From: a virus
Lineage: Duplodnaviria > Caudoviricetes
Strand: one strand, 5' to 3'
Virus record (IMG/VR): IMGVR_UViG_3300033405_000003
DNA: 64,000 nucleotides
A model generated the notes under the pieces. The model was not told where the DNA came from, searched no databases, and saw only the letters and a program-made list of their open reading frames with translations. The position numbers and the translations under genes are program-made. Position 1 is the first letter of the stretch; each line of letters starts with the position of its first letter. Shown piece after piece: positions 54,819-63,033 of this stretch.

Positions 54819-55082
54819 GTGGGCTTCGTCGGCAAAGGCCGCATCGTCTCCGAGCACCGCACCGAGCCGTGCGGGACACGCTCGCTCTGGCACGTGGTCC
54901 TCTTCATGGACGACGAGATCGGGCGCGAGCGCGCGGTCGGCGCCTCGAAGGACGATCTGGATCACGCGCGAGCGATCAAGGCGCGCTGGGAGAAGCTCAC
55001 GCTCGCTGATTTTGCACCCGCGCCGATCAAGACTTGGGGGATCGGCCAGCGCTCGAAGGACCGTAGGCGCTTCTGCCAGTAA
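54819..55082 (+). CDS. hypothetical protein
   Basis: GGAG RBS, GTG start. Confidence 0.5.
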   Translation: MGFVGKGRIVSEHRTEPCGTRSLWHVVLFMDDEIGRERAVGASKDDLDHARAIKARWEKLTLADFAPAPIKTWGIGQRSKDRRRFCQ

Positions 55083-55132
55083 GAACAGCTCCGTCAACCA
55101 CATCGAACCGAAAGAAAGGAAAAGGTACCATC

Positions 55133-55252
55133 ATGGCACGATACGTATTTACCCGGGCTCGTCGCGCGGCACTCAAGAGGGCGCAGAGGGCGTCGGCAGC
55201 CGCTCGTCGCGGTCACCACCGCCGCCGTGCGCATCACCGCAGTCACCGCTGA
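55133..55252 (+). CDS. 39-aa protamine-like Arg/His-rich peptide (not in ORF track)
   Basis: AAAGAAAGGAAAAGG RBS; MARYVFTRARRAALKRAQRASAAARRGHHRRRAHHRSHR*. Confidence 0.75.
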   Translation: MARYVFTRARRAALKRAQRASAAARRGHHRRRAHHRSHR

Positions 55253-55257
55253 CGCGA

Positions 55258-55297
55258 CGAGCGACCTCCCGTTCTTCACTGACCGGGAGGTCGCTCG
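55258..55297 (+). terminator. 14-bp perfect hairpin after the protamine-like gene (terminator or 3' stabiliser)
   Basis: CGAGCGACCTCCCG / CGGGAGGTCGCTCG; no immediate U-tract. Confidence 0.6.
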
Positions 55298-55342
55298 CCC
55301 TCAGGGTTTCTCGCGGTTTTGCATGCGTCTCGGAGGTGTGCC

Positions 55343-55558
55343 GTGCCGCTTTTCAAGGGCTACAGTCGGAAATCGATCTCGAAGAACATCCGCCTGCTCC
55401 GGCACGAGGGCCGGCCGCGCAAGCAGGCGATCGCCATCGCCCTGAACACCGCGCGCGTCTCGGCGCGCGAGGCAGGCAAGCGGCCCTTGTGGCTCGCGTA
55501 CAGGAAGAAGAAGCGCAAGCACGCGCACCGGCGCGCGCGGCACGCGCGGACGCGCTGA
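55343..55558 (+). CDS. small basic protein ending HARTR
   Basis: GGAGG RBS; MPLFKGYSRKSISKNI...GRP.KQAIAIAL..AR is a phage-type motif. Confidence 0.75.
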   Translation: MPLFKGYSRKSISKNIRLLRHEGRPRKQAIAIALNTARVSAREAGKRPLWLAYRKKKRKHAHRRARHARTR

Positions 55559-55562
55559 GGCG

Positions 55563-55784
55563 TCAGTCCTCCTCGTCGGAGGCCCCGATGGTGCGGAGGA
55601 TGATCTCGGCCGCCCTCTTGGCGTCGAGCGCCGCCTGCGCGAGGTTGTCGAGCTGGGGCTCGTACTTGCGCGGGTTCGACTCGTACAGGCTGAGCGAGTG
55701 CCGCATCTCCCTCGCCTGGCGCTCGATCTGCCCGATGTTCCGTTCGATCCGCACGAGTGACATGTCTCCGCTCGCCATAGGCAC
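55563..55784 (-). CDS. helical hypothetical protein
   Basis: Isolated minus-strand ORF with codon bias. Confidence 0.55.
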   Translation of the reverse strand: MPMASGDMSLVRIERNIGQIERQAREMRHSLSLYESNPRKYEPQLDNLAQAALDAKRAAEIILRTIGASDEED

Positions 55785-55981
55785 ATCCTAACCAAGGCAG
55801 GAAAATCTTGCGACAGATTTACGAGCGAAGACGAAGGTATCGCTTCAAGAGGAACGCGGAAGGGGCGAACATCTCTCAGAAAGCGAGACACGACCGCGCC
55901 GGGCAAGATCCTTGCTTGTGGTCGCGGGCGCCGCGGCGATCGTCCTTGTGATCCGCGCAACCATGAAGTACGGCCGTTCGG

Positions 55982-56677
55982 ATGCAACAACTCGTCACCT
56001 ACATCCTGACCGCGATGCTCACCTGGATCCCGGTGCGCAACCTCACGCCGTACGGCGAGACCGAAGCCGAGGCGACGGCGCGCCTCCGCTCCGTGGCCGA
56101 GGACATCTGCATGGTGGCCCTCGACGCGAATGAACCGCCGGTCTTCGGGCGCGCCGACGGGCGCGTGAAGACAGCGCTCCTCGACGCTGCGGTCGCGAGC
56201 ATGGAGACGGGCTTCCAGAAGTTCGTGGACGACGGATCGTGCAACCGGCGCGGTTACCGGGCGGACCGGCGCGGCGACTGCGACGGCGGCCACGCCTTCA
56301 CGTTCTGGCAGCTCCACGTCGCCGGCAACGGCTACATCCTGCTCGAGGACGGCACGCTCGGCTCGGTCTTCTACTCGCCCGCCGCGATCGTGAAGTCGGC
56401 CCAGGACAAGGGCACTGTCATCCGCGGCCCCGAGCTTCTCGCGGACAGGAAGACGGCCATCCGCGTCGCCCAGCGCATCATGCGCGACTCGCTCAAGCAG
56501 CATAATTCCCTCTGCGCATACTCCGGCGAGAGCTGCGACGAGGGCGCGCACCCGAAGGCGAGCGTGAGGTTCGAGCGCGCGAGGACTTACCTCGCGCAGC
56601 ACCCGTTCACGGACGCGATCCCCGACCCCGTCGTGCTCAGCGCGAACACCGTGACGATGACGGCCGTTCACGACTGA
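55982..56677 (+). CDS. secreted lysozyme/lytic-transglycosylase-like protein
   Basis: Signal-like N-terminus; A..SMETGF (catalytic Glu), GDCDGG.AF..WQLH, L.AYSG. Confidence 0.55.
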   Translation: MQQLVTYILTAMLTWIPVRNLTPYGETEAEATARLRSVAEDICMVALDANEPPVFGRADGRVKTALLDAAVASMETGFQKFVDDGSCNRRGYRADRRGDCDGGHAFTFWQLHVAGNGYILLEDGTLGSVFYSPAAIVKSAQDKGTVIRGPELLADRKTAIRVAQRIMRDSLKQHNSLCAYSGESCDEGAHPKASVRFERARTYLAQHPFTDAIPDPVVLSANTVTMTAVHD

Positions 56678-56737
56678 CGGGAAAATTCGTGCAGTTTGGC
56701 CGGCCGGCCCCGCGGCGGTAGACTCGGAGGAACCGTC

Positions 56738-56995
56738 ATGGCCTATCAGGGTTGGAAGAACTGGGAGACCTGGAACATCGCCTTATGGTTCGGCAACGAC
56801 GAGGGCCTCTACCGCACCGTGCTTGACTACCGGGGCAAGTTCAACTCCGCGAAGGCGAAGGACTTCGTCCTCGAGACGCTCCCGGAGGGCACGCCCGACA
56901 TGAAGGACCTCTCGCCCGGCAAGCTCCACACGGCCTACAGCATCGTGAGCTGGCGCGAGATCGCGGACGCGTTCAACGAGATGAAGGGCGATTGA
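56738..56995 (+). CDS. conserved phage protein (Y.GW.N.ETWN..LW..NDE family)
   Basis: GGAGG RBS; motif. Confidence 0.75.
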   Translation: MAYQGWKNWETWNIALWFGNDEGLYRTVLDYRGKFNSAKAKDFVLETLPEGTPDMKDLSPGKLHTAYSIVSWREIADAFNEMKGD

Positions 56996-57234
56996 TGTCC
57001 GTCCCGCGCTTCCGAGCCTCGCTGCACAAGCCCCAGGTCGCTGACGACGCGCTCGCGGAGGGCTACCTCGCGCTCATCGCGTTCAAGGAGAGCCTCGACC
57101 TCATGGAGGAGCTGCCGGACGCCGAGTTGCACAAACTCTACAAGCAAACGATGAAGACGATCGATGCGGTCACGGAGGCATCGCAGGAGACCCATCAGTT
57201 CCGGTCGATGCTCCGACGCTACGTCGCGAGGTGA
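56995..57234 (+). CDS. hypothetical protein
   Basis: TGATG coupling. Confidence 0.55.
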   Translation: MSVPRFRASLHKPQVADDALAEGYLALIAFKESLDLMEELPDAELHKLYKQTMKTIDAVTEASQETHQFRSMLRRYVAR

Positions 57235-57244
57235 AAGGACTCAC

Positions 57245-57427
57245 ATGGATCCCGATGAGAATCTCCGCCAACAACTTCGGCTCGCGAAGAAGCTACTCGA
57301 TGCTTGGGACAACGAGACGCGCATTGATCGTGATGTCGCAATCAGGCTCGCCGAACGCGTCGAGGCGCTCGACGAATGGCTCTCGAAGGGCGGGTTTCTA
57401 CCGAAGCGCTGGGATCATGATCGCTGA
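57245..57427 (+). CDS. conserved small phage protein
   Basis: MDP...ALDEWLSKGGFLP..W. Confidence 0.75.
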   Translation: MDPDENLRQQLRLAKKLLDAWDNETRIDRDVAIRLAERVEALDEWLSKGGFLPKRWDHDR

Positions 57428-57439
57428 ACGAGGAACATT

Positions 57440-57670
57440 ATGAGGAGAACCCATCACCGCACTCACTCCCCGAACGTCAAGCGCGGGAGCGTCACGGTCA
57501 TCTGCCCGAGCCACGAGCGGGCGCACGCGCTCCGCCACGAGCTGGACAAGATGGGCGCGCTCTCGAAGCGCAAGGGCCGCCGCGTCTCGACGACGGCGAC
57601 CGCGCACCAGATCGCGGCGGCGCGGCGGCGCGCGATGAAGCGGACCGCGCACCACGGACGCACGCGATGA
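57440..57670 (+). CDS. Arg/His-rich basic protein ending HGRTR
   Basis: GAGGA RBS; composition. Confidence 0.65.
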   Translation: MRRTHHRTHSPNVKRGSVTVICPSHERAHALRHELDKMGALSKRKGRRVSTTATAHQIAAARRRAMKRTAHHGRTR

Positions 57671-57879
57671 ACCTCGCGAAAGCGGGCACGTACGCCGGGC
57701 TCGGGATGATGACGCTCGGCGCGGTCGGGCGAATCACCGGCCGGCTACCCGGGGCCGCCCCGAAGGAGGACCCGATGGGTAAGTACATCGACGAGGCGTC
57801 TGGGTCGCTCATCGTCTTTGGGTTCGCGATCGGGATGATCTCGATAGCGCTCTCGAAGACCGGGGAGAAGACTCGGTGA
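57667..57879 (+). CDS. small two-TM membrane protein
   Basis: Two hydrophobic helices. Confidence 0.65.
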   Translation: MNLAKAGTYAGLGMMTLGAVGRITGRLPGAAPKEDPMGKYIDEASGSLIVFGFAIGMISIALSKTGEKTR

Positions 57880-58190
57880 TCCGCTCCAAGACGCTCGCCA
57901 CGCGGCTCGCGAAGGAGTGCCGCAGGTCGCTCAAGGCTTACCCGGCCTTCAGGAGCATCGGCGACGTGACTGAGCCGCTCCCCGGCTCCGGGGTCTTCCA
58001 GTTCATGATCTGGGGCGACAGCCTCCGACCGAGGGAACCCGGCAGCGGCTCGATCCAGAGCCGCGCCTACGTCATGGTCCAACCGATGCTCGACGTGCTC
58101 GTGGAGCACGACCAATACTTCCCCGACGAACTCCTCGAGTGCATCTTCCGGAACACCGAAGGGATCACGATTTCACGGGTCCAATCATGA
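57876..58190 (+). CDS. hypothetical protein, paralog family A
   Basis: LATRLAKEC...VMVQPMLDVLVE...FPDELLEC. Confidence 0.7.
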   Translation: MIRSKTLATRLAKECRRSLKAYPAFRSIGDVTEPLPGSGVFQFMIWGDSLRPREPGSGSIQSRAYVMVQPMLDVLVEHDQYFPDELLECIFRNTEGITISRVQS

Positions 58191-58480
58191 TGCTCCACAC
58201 CTGCCCTCCTCACTCCGTTCAGCGGGGCCCGGCCCGAATGCTTTCGCATTCGTGCATCAACACCGCCACGACCTCTGCGGCCGAACCCCCGCCGCTATGC
58301 CAAGCATGCCAGGAGATCTTCGCGGGGAAGCGCTGCGCCCACGAGGGCGGCCCGTGCCCGACGAAGGACGGCACGCCGCTCGGCGACGCCGGCGGCTGCC
58401 CGTGCGACCATTGTTACCCGAGGACGCGCGCGACCGGGCAGATGACGGTGAGCGATGAGTTCTTCAGGGCGAGCCCGTGA
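58187..58480 (+). CDS. Cys/His-rich small protein
   Basis: Multiple Cys clusters; coupled. Confidence 0.55.
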   Translation: MMLHTCPPHSVQRGPARMLSHSCINTATTSAAEPPPLCQACQEIFAGKRCAHEGGPCPTKDGTPLGDAGGCPCDHCYPRTRATGQMTVSDEFFRASP

Positions 58481-58959
58481 GCGGCACCCGCGACCCGCGC
58501 GAAGAACCGAGGGAGGGTGCCTTCAACGGCGATTTCCCCGAGGGGCTCGACGCGCGGGAGTACGCCAGGATCGCGGCGAAGGCCGTGGTCACCATGGAGT
58601 ACTCGATGGGCAAGCTCCTTCGCGAGGTATCGACCACGGGCGGCAAGGTCGATGCGCTCGACGCGCGCTTCACTGAGTTCCAGAAGGAGACGCACGCGAA
58701 TTTCGAACAGCTCGGCGTGATCCGCAAGCGCATCCGGACGGTGGAGAAAAAGGCCGTCCAGATCGAGAAGAAGGCCGGCGAGATCGAGAAAAAGGCTGTC
58801 GAGATCGAGGAGGAACTCGAGGACACGGCCGCGCGAGACCTACGGGCGTACAAACGCAAGTACAACTGGTGGAAGAACGGCGCGATCTCGGTGTTCGGGG
58901 TCATCGTCACCGGCGTCATCGTGCTGCTCATCGGGCACTACATCTTCCACATCGGGTGA
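58477..58959 (+). CDS. coiled-coil protein with C-terminal TM
   Basis: (I/V)EKKA heptad repeats; terminal hydrophobic helix. Confidence 0.7.
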   Translation: MSGTRDPREEPREGAFNGDFPEGLDAREYARIAAKAVVTMEYSMGKLLREVSTTGGKVDALDARFTEFQKETHANFEQLGVIRKRIRTVEKKAVQIEKKAGEIEKKAVEIEEELEDTAARDLRAYKRKYNWWKNGAISVFGVIVTGVIVLLIGHYIFHIG

Positions 58960-58964
58960 CCGCC

Positions 58965-59369
58965 ATGGCTAAGTACTCGAACCGAGACCTGGAGGACTTC
59001 TTCGACGCGTACGTCGAGGCCGCGCTCGCCTTCACGAACGACGAAAGCACCGAGCAGGGCGGCGAGCCGCTCGACCGGAACTACGGTCCCGACGACCTCG
59101 CCCAGAGCGCCGAGGACGAGCTGGTCGTCCTCGCCAAGAAGTTCCTCGACAAGGCGTGGCCGCTGCTCGAGCAAGCCCCCAGCCGGATCAACGGCTACCC
59201 GTACCTCGAGATGGCGGGCCACGATTTCTGGCTCACGCACAACGAGTACGGCGCGGGTTTCGGCGACGGCGACTGGCCGGACGAGATCGACGACAGGCTC
59301 CACGACCTCGCGCAGAAATTCCCGACGGTGAACCTTTACGTCGGCGACGACGGGAAGATCTACACTTGA
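58965..59369 (+). CDS. conserved acidic phage protein (AGHDFWLT family)
   Basis: AGHDFWLTHN..GAGF.DGDW...LYVGDDGKIY. Confidence 0.75.
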   Translation: MAKYSNRDLEDFFDAYVEAALAFTNDESTEQGGEPLDRNYGPDDLAQSAEDELVVLAKKFLDKAWPLLEQAPSRINGYPYLEMAGHDFWLTHNEYGAGFGDGDWPDEIDDRLHDLAQKFPTVNLYVGDDGKIYT

Positions 59370-59376
59370 GGGTCCC

Positions 59377-59715
59377 ATGTCCGTCTCGGCGCTGAGCCAC
59401 AAGAACCACGCGATCGCGCTCCGCGACCGGTGCGCGCGGCAGTTCGGGAGCGGCGGCGGCATCGCCGTGGGCGACGTCAGCAAACGCTACTCGCGCGGCA
59501 GCGACTACACGTTCGACATCGATGGGTACTCGAAGTTCGAGTTCCGCGGGCGGGAGCGCCACAAGATTATCTGGACGGCGCGGGTGCACGTGACGCCGCA
59601 GCACAATGTCGTGATCGAGGAGCTGGAGGGGAGCACCGAGCCCGTCCCCGCCGAGGCGCTCGCGTGCGCACTGGACGCGCTCCGCGCCGAGGATTACCAC
59701 GTGAGGAGCCGATGA
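59377..59715 (+). CDS. hypothetical protein, paralog family A
   Basis: HAIALRDRC...VHVTPQHNVVIE...VPAEALAC. Confidence 0.7.
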   Translation: MSVSALSHKNHAIALRDRCARQFGSGGGIAVGDVSKRYSRGSDYTFDIDGYSKFEFRGRERHKIIWTARVHVTPQHNVVIEELEGSTEPVPAEALACALDALRAEDYHVRSR

Positions 59716-59909
59716 ACCCGAACACGCCGCACGCGCCCCTCAGCCCCGACCCCGCGCTCATCTGGTTCTTCGACTCGAGCAAGCAGCTCCTCGTCTTCCG
59801 CGACGCGGCCAGCAACGTCGTCGCCGCGTGGCCCGAGAACGCGATCATCAAGAGCGGCTGGAAGATGCTCGGCATCCGCGGCCTGCCGCGGGTGACCGTG
59901 AACGGATGA
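59712..59909 (+). CDS. hypothetical protein
   Basis: GAGGAG RBS. Confidence 0.6.
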   Translation: MNPNTPHAPLSPDPALIWFFDSSKQLLVFRDAASNVVAAWPENAIIKSGWKMLGIRGLPRVTVNG

Positions 59910-59913
59910 CGGC

Positions 59914-60168
59914 GTGGCCCATGACCTCGTCGAGGCGCTGCTCTTTGCGGTCGAGAAAGCCGTCGACCAGCACGCCGGCCTCGTGCGCGAGAGCCACGCG
60001 AGCCTCGTCTTCACCCGGCACGCGCCGCGGTACTCGGTGACCGTGGACGCCCGCGCCCGGGGCTCGAGGAAGAAGCCGAGGGCGATCAGCGGCGCCGGTG
60101 ACACGCCCGAGGAGGCCGCCGAGGAGCTGGTCTCGCAGCTCGACACGTGGGAAGAAGAACTGCGATGA
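59914..60168 (+). CDS. hypothetical protein
   Basis: GAGDTPEEAA motif. Confidence 0.6.
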   Translation: MAHDLVEALLFAVEKAVDQHAGLVRESHASLVFTRHAPRYSVTVDARARGSRKKPRAISGAGDTPEEAAEELVSQLDTWEEELR

Positions 60169-60521
60169 CCCGCCGTCGCGTGGGCCCCGCCTACTACGGG
60201 CCAAAGAGCTACAAGGCCCTCGCCGAGAGGCTCCTCGACCAGTGCGTGATGCATCTGCGCGGGTCGTTCCGCGCGCGCCCCAAGCAAGAGGAGGAGTTCT
60301 TCTTCGAGGGGCCGTACTTCCAGGGCGACCCGAAGTACGGCACCGAGCGCGCGTCGTACGCCATCACGCATAGCGAGAGCGGCGCCCGCGTGTCCGTCGA
60401 TGTGAACCCCGACCTCACGCTCGTCGTCGACGCCGACCCGCGTTTCCCGAAGGAGGCGCTCCGGTGCCTCGACCCGGCGTTCAACGCGATGCTCGAGGGT
60501 TCGTCGTGGAGGAAGAAATGA
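60165..60521 (+). CDS. hypothetical protein, paralog family A
   Basis: LAERLLDQC...VDVNPDLTLVVD...FPKEALRC. Confidence 0.7.
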   Translation: MTRRRVGPAYYGPKSYKALAERLLDQCVMHLRGSFRARPKQEEEFFFEGPYFQGDPKYGTERASYAITHSESGARVSVDVNPDLTLVVDADPRFPKEALRCLDPAFNAMLEGSSWRKK

Positions 60522-60703
60522 AGCTGACGGAGACGGTGACGGTGACGCGTGAGGTGCCGATGCACATCAAGGACCTCGTGATGTTCGCGAAGTGGGTCGC
60601 GAAGACGCCCGCCGCCGCGCGCGGTCCCGCCATGCCCATGACGGACGAGGAGCTGATCGCCGCCGCGCGCGACTACTGGGAGAGCGCGCATGGGGAGGAG
60701 TGA
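60518..60703 (+). CDS. hypothetical protein
   Basis: GGAGG RBS. Confidence 0.55.
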   Translation: MKLTETVTVTREVPMHIKDLVMFAKWVAKTPAAARGPAMPMTDEELIAAARDYWESAHGEE

Positions 60704-61118
60704 CCTCGTCCTCGGGGGCATGCTCCTCGGCGTCGCCGGGTGGGCGGCCGAGAACGTCACCTCGGACGAGCCGCGCTATTCGGCGCTCTTCAAGGGGGCG
60801 CACGTGCCGTTCCTGCCTGTCTACGCGTTCGGCGGCGGCGCGTTCCTCGCGCTCTCGCCGCGCTTGCGCGATCTCCCGTGGTACGCGCGCGCCGCCGCGT
60901 ACGCCGCTGTGGGCTCCGCCGTCGAGTACGCCGGATGCGTCATCGACCGACGCGCGCTCGGGGCGTGCTCCTGGGACTACTCGGGCAACGCGTGCTCTCG
61001 ACCGGGCGCGGGGTGCGTGGATTTCGAGCACGCGGCGCTCTGGGGTATGCTCGGCCTGCTCGTCGAGAGGCTCCAGAGCGAGGAGACGACATGGCGCGGA
61101 CCAAGAAGTACGACGTGA
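60690..61118 (+). CDS. CmpB/TMEM229-like membrane protein
   Basis: GW..E, PFLPVY, EY..G, WDYS, LWG motifs. Confidence 0.7.
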   Translation: MGRSDLVLGGMLLGVAGWAAENVTSDEPRYSALFKGAHVPFLPVYAFGGGAFLALSPRLRDLPWYARAAAYAAVGSAVEYAGCVIDRRALGACSWDYSGNACSRPGAGCVDFEHAALWGMLGLLVERLQSEETTWRGPRSTT

Positions 61119-61339
61119 TCATCACCGGCGAGCTTGGCCTCTACGAGATCGAGCCGCTCACGCGCGCCGCCAAGGCGTGGATGGACGAGAATCTCTCCGG
61201 CGGCGAGCGCACGAGGAAGGGCGAGTCGGTCATCTGCGAGGGCGGCGACAACTGCCGCGACATCGTGCGGGCGATGGATCGCGAGGGGCTCAAGGTCGAG
61301 ATGAACGGCGTCGACATGAGGGGCTTCGGCAAGCGATGA
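61091..61339 (+). CDS. hypothetical phage protein
   Basis: GAGGAG RBS; PLT.AAK.W.DENL. Confidence 0.65.
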   Translation: MARTKKYDVIITGELGLYEIEPLTRAAKAWMDENLSGGERTRKGESVICEGGDNCRDIVRAMDREGLKVEMNGVDMRGFGKR

Positions 61340-61526
61340 CGAACGGGAACGGGAACGGGAAACGCGCGAAGCTCAAACTGATCGAGCGGCCATCAAGGAT
61401 TGGGCGGCTGACGGCATTCACGCCGCACGGGAAGAACCGGACACCATCAAGATCCACACGGCTGCGATCCACCATTTGATCAGCAAGCTCAAGACAGCAG
61501 TGGAGCGGGAGGCGCTAGAAGAATGA
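61336..61526 (+). pseudogene. small gene with apparent 1-nt frameshift near 61386
   Basis: MTNGNGNGKRAKLKLIE continues in another frame as AAIKDWAADGIH...EALEE*, coupled to ATG 61523. Confidence 0.5.
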
Positions 61527-61813
61527 CCAAGAAAAAAGTCCTGGTTGCCGCGAACGCCAAACCGGTCCATGCGTGGTTCGGCCTGAGCTACGCGAACTAT
61601 CTTGTTATGCCGCGCGCGGTGCTGCAGTCGATGCCGCCCGCGTGGCAGGAGAAATTCGTGAAGCTCCTCGCGGAGGCCGAGGCAGCGTGCGTGGACGCCG
61701 GCATCCCAGGACCCCCGTCTTACCGGGTGAGGGCGGTGGACGAGGAAGGCCGGTTCACGCGGGACGAGATCCCGCATTATCGGCACGCGCCGAACCTCTT
61801 CACGGAGCACTGA
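61523..61813 (+). CDS. conserved phage protein
   Basis: HAWFGLSYANYLVMPR.VLQSMP..WQ.KFV. Confidence 0.75.
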   Translation: MTKKKVLVAANAKPVHAWFGLSYANYLVMPRAVLQSMPPAWQEKFVKLLAEAEAACVDAGIPGPPSYRVRAVDEEGRFTRDEIPHYRHAPNLFTEH

Positions 61814-61814
61814 G

Positions 61815-62024
61815 ATGAGCGAGAATCAACTGAGGGAGATCTTCGACCCGGCGATCTTCGACCAGGCCATCGCCCACCTCGAGAGGCTCCCCGTCGGTCA
61901 CACGTTGACGGAGGAGGACGTGGCCGCTTACCGCACCACGATGCGCGGGCTCGAGTGGCGCTTGCTCGAGTCGGCCAAGCACAAGAAAGAGTCATGGGAC
62001 GTCGCCGCGAAGGCGGCGCCATGA
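61815..62024 (+). CDS. hypothetical protein
   Basis: GGAG RBS. Confidence 0.55.
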   Translation: MSENQLREIFDPAIFDQAIAHLERLPVGHTLTEEDVAAYRTTMRGLEWRLLESAKHKKESWDVAAKAAP

Positions 62025-62248
62025 AAATCGAGGCCGCAGAGGTGATCGAAACGGCAGCGCTCATCCCCTGCGGGACGAGCACGCTCATGAAACCTGGTGT
62101 TATCGCACGCCTCAATGGCGAGATGCGCGCCGCGCTCTCCGCGATCAAGTCGGACGACGCGTGCATCCGGAGCCCGTCGCCGAAGACGCTCGCCTGGGCA
62201 CTCGGCCCGGAGCACCAGCGCGGGCACCGCTCCGGCCGTTGGCGGTGA
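62021..62248 (+). CDS. hypothetical protein
   Basis: Coupled ORF. Confidence 0.45.
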   Translation: MKIEAAEVIETAALIPCGTSTLMKPGVIARLNGEMRAALSAIKSDDACIRSPSPKTLAWALGPEHQRGHRSGRWR

Positions 62249-62261
62249 CCCGGGGTCCCCG

Positions 62262-62996
62262 ATGTCGATCCTCGAGCGCAAGGATATGGCGGATGAGTTC
62301 GTGGACACGGCCGAGGTCGAGGACCCCGCCTGCATGAGCCTCGAGAATGGCGACCCGCACGACGTCTTCCGTGACTACGTGCTCCCGAGGATCGAGGCGT
62401 CCCCGCGGGACGAGGCCTCGGCCGAGGTGCTTGCCGCGATGCGCGCGGGCAGGAGCTACCCCGACGCGGTGCTCGACGCGATCGAAGCGCTGCCCGGGTC
62501 CGCAACGAGGAGGATCCGTGCGTGGGTCGACGAGGCGCGCGGCACGCACGTCTATAGGTACGTGCGGTTCCACGGGGACTACGTGACGTACGGGCTCGTG
62601 CTCACGGCGGGCGGCCCGGAGGACAAAGCGATCGCGCGCGAGCGCATCGGCGAGCACTATCTCCCGGACGACTTCATCCGATATTGGAAATCATCGGACG
62701 CGATCAGGGACATCGCGAACCACTACCCGAAGCACGCGTGGCTGTTCGAGGAGAGCCCCTTCGTGAACATCGAGAGCAAGGGGGACTACGACGCGGCGAT
62801 CTTCGAGTTGAACATCGAGGGTGGCGGCTGGAGGAAACCGGGTCTCTACGACTTCCGCGACGAGCCGCCGTCGTACCACGGGACCGTCGACGAGTACGTT
62901 CGCGACGCCGTGAGGGCCGAAGCCGAGGACGTGCTGAGCAGCATGGACGAGGACGACATCAAGGACGTCTGCGGGCTGCTGCAGGACAGGAGGTAA
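62262..62996 (+). CDS. acidic protein with paralog family B domain
   Basis: DAVLDAIEALPGSATRRIRAWV. Confidence 0.7.
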   Translation: MSILERKDMADEFVDTAEVEDPACMSLENGDPHDVFRDYVLPRIEASPRDEASAEVLAAMRAGRSYPDAVLDAIEALPGSATRRIRAWVDEARGTHVYRYVRFHGDYVTYGLVLTAGGPEDKAIARERIGEHYLPDDFIRYWKSSDAIRDIANHYPKHAWLFEESPFVNIESKGDYDAAIFELNIEGGGWRKPGLYDFRDEPPSYHGTVDEYVRDAVRAEAEDVLSSMDEDDIKDVCGLLQDRR

Positions 62997-63033
62997 GGGG
63001 ATCTACAACGACTACTACGCGACGCCGTGAAGT

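Noticed and set aside
61336-61526. Programmed frameshift
   Set aside because: No slippery heptamer; a single missing G (gag gcg) explains it as a mutation or sequencing error.
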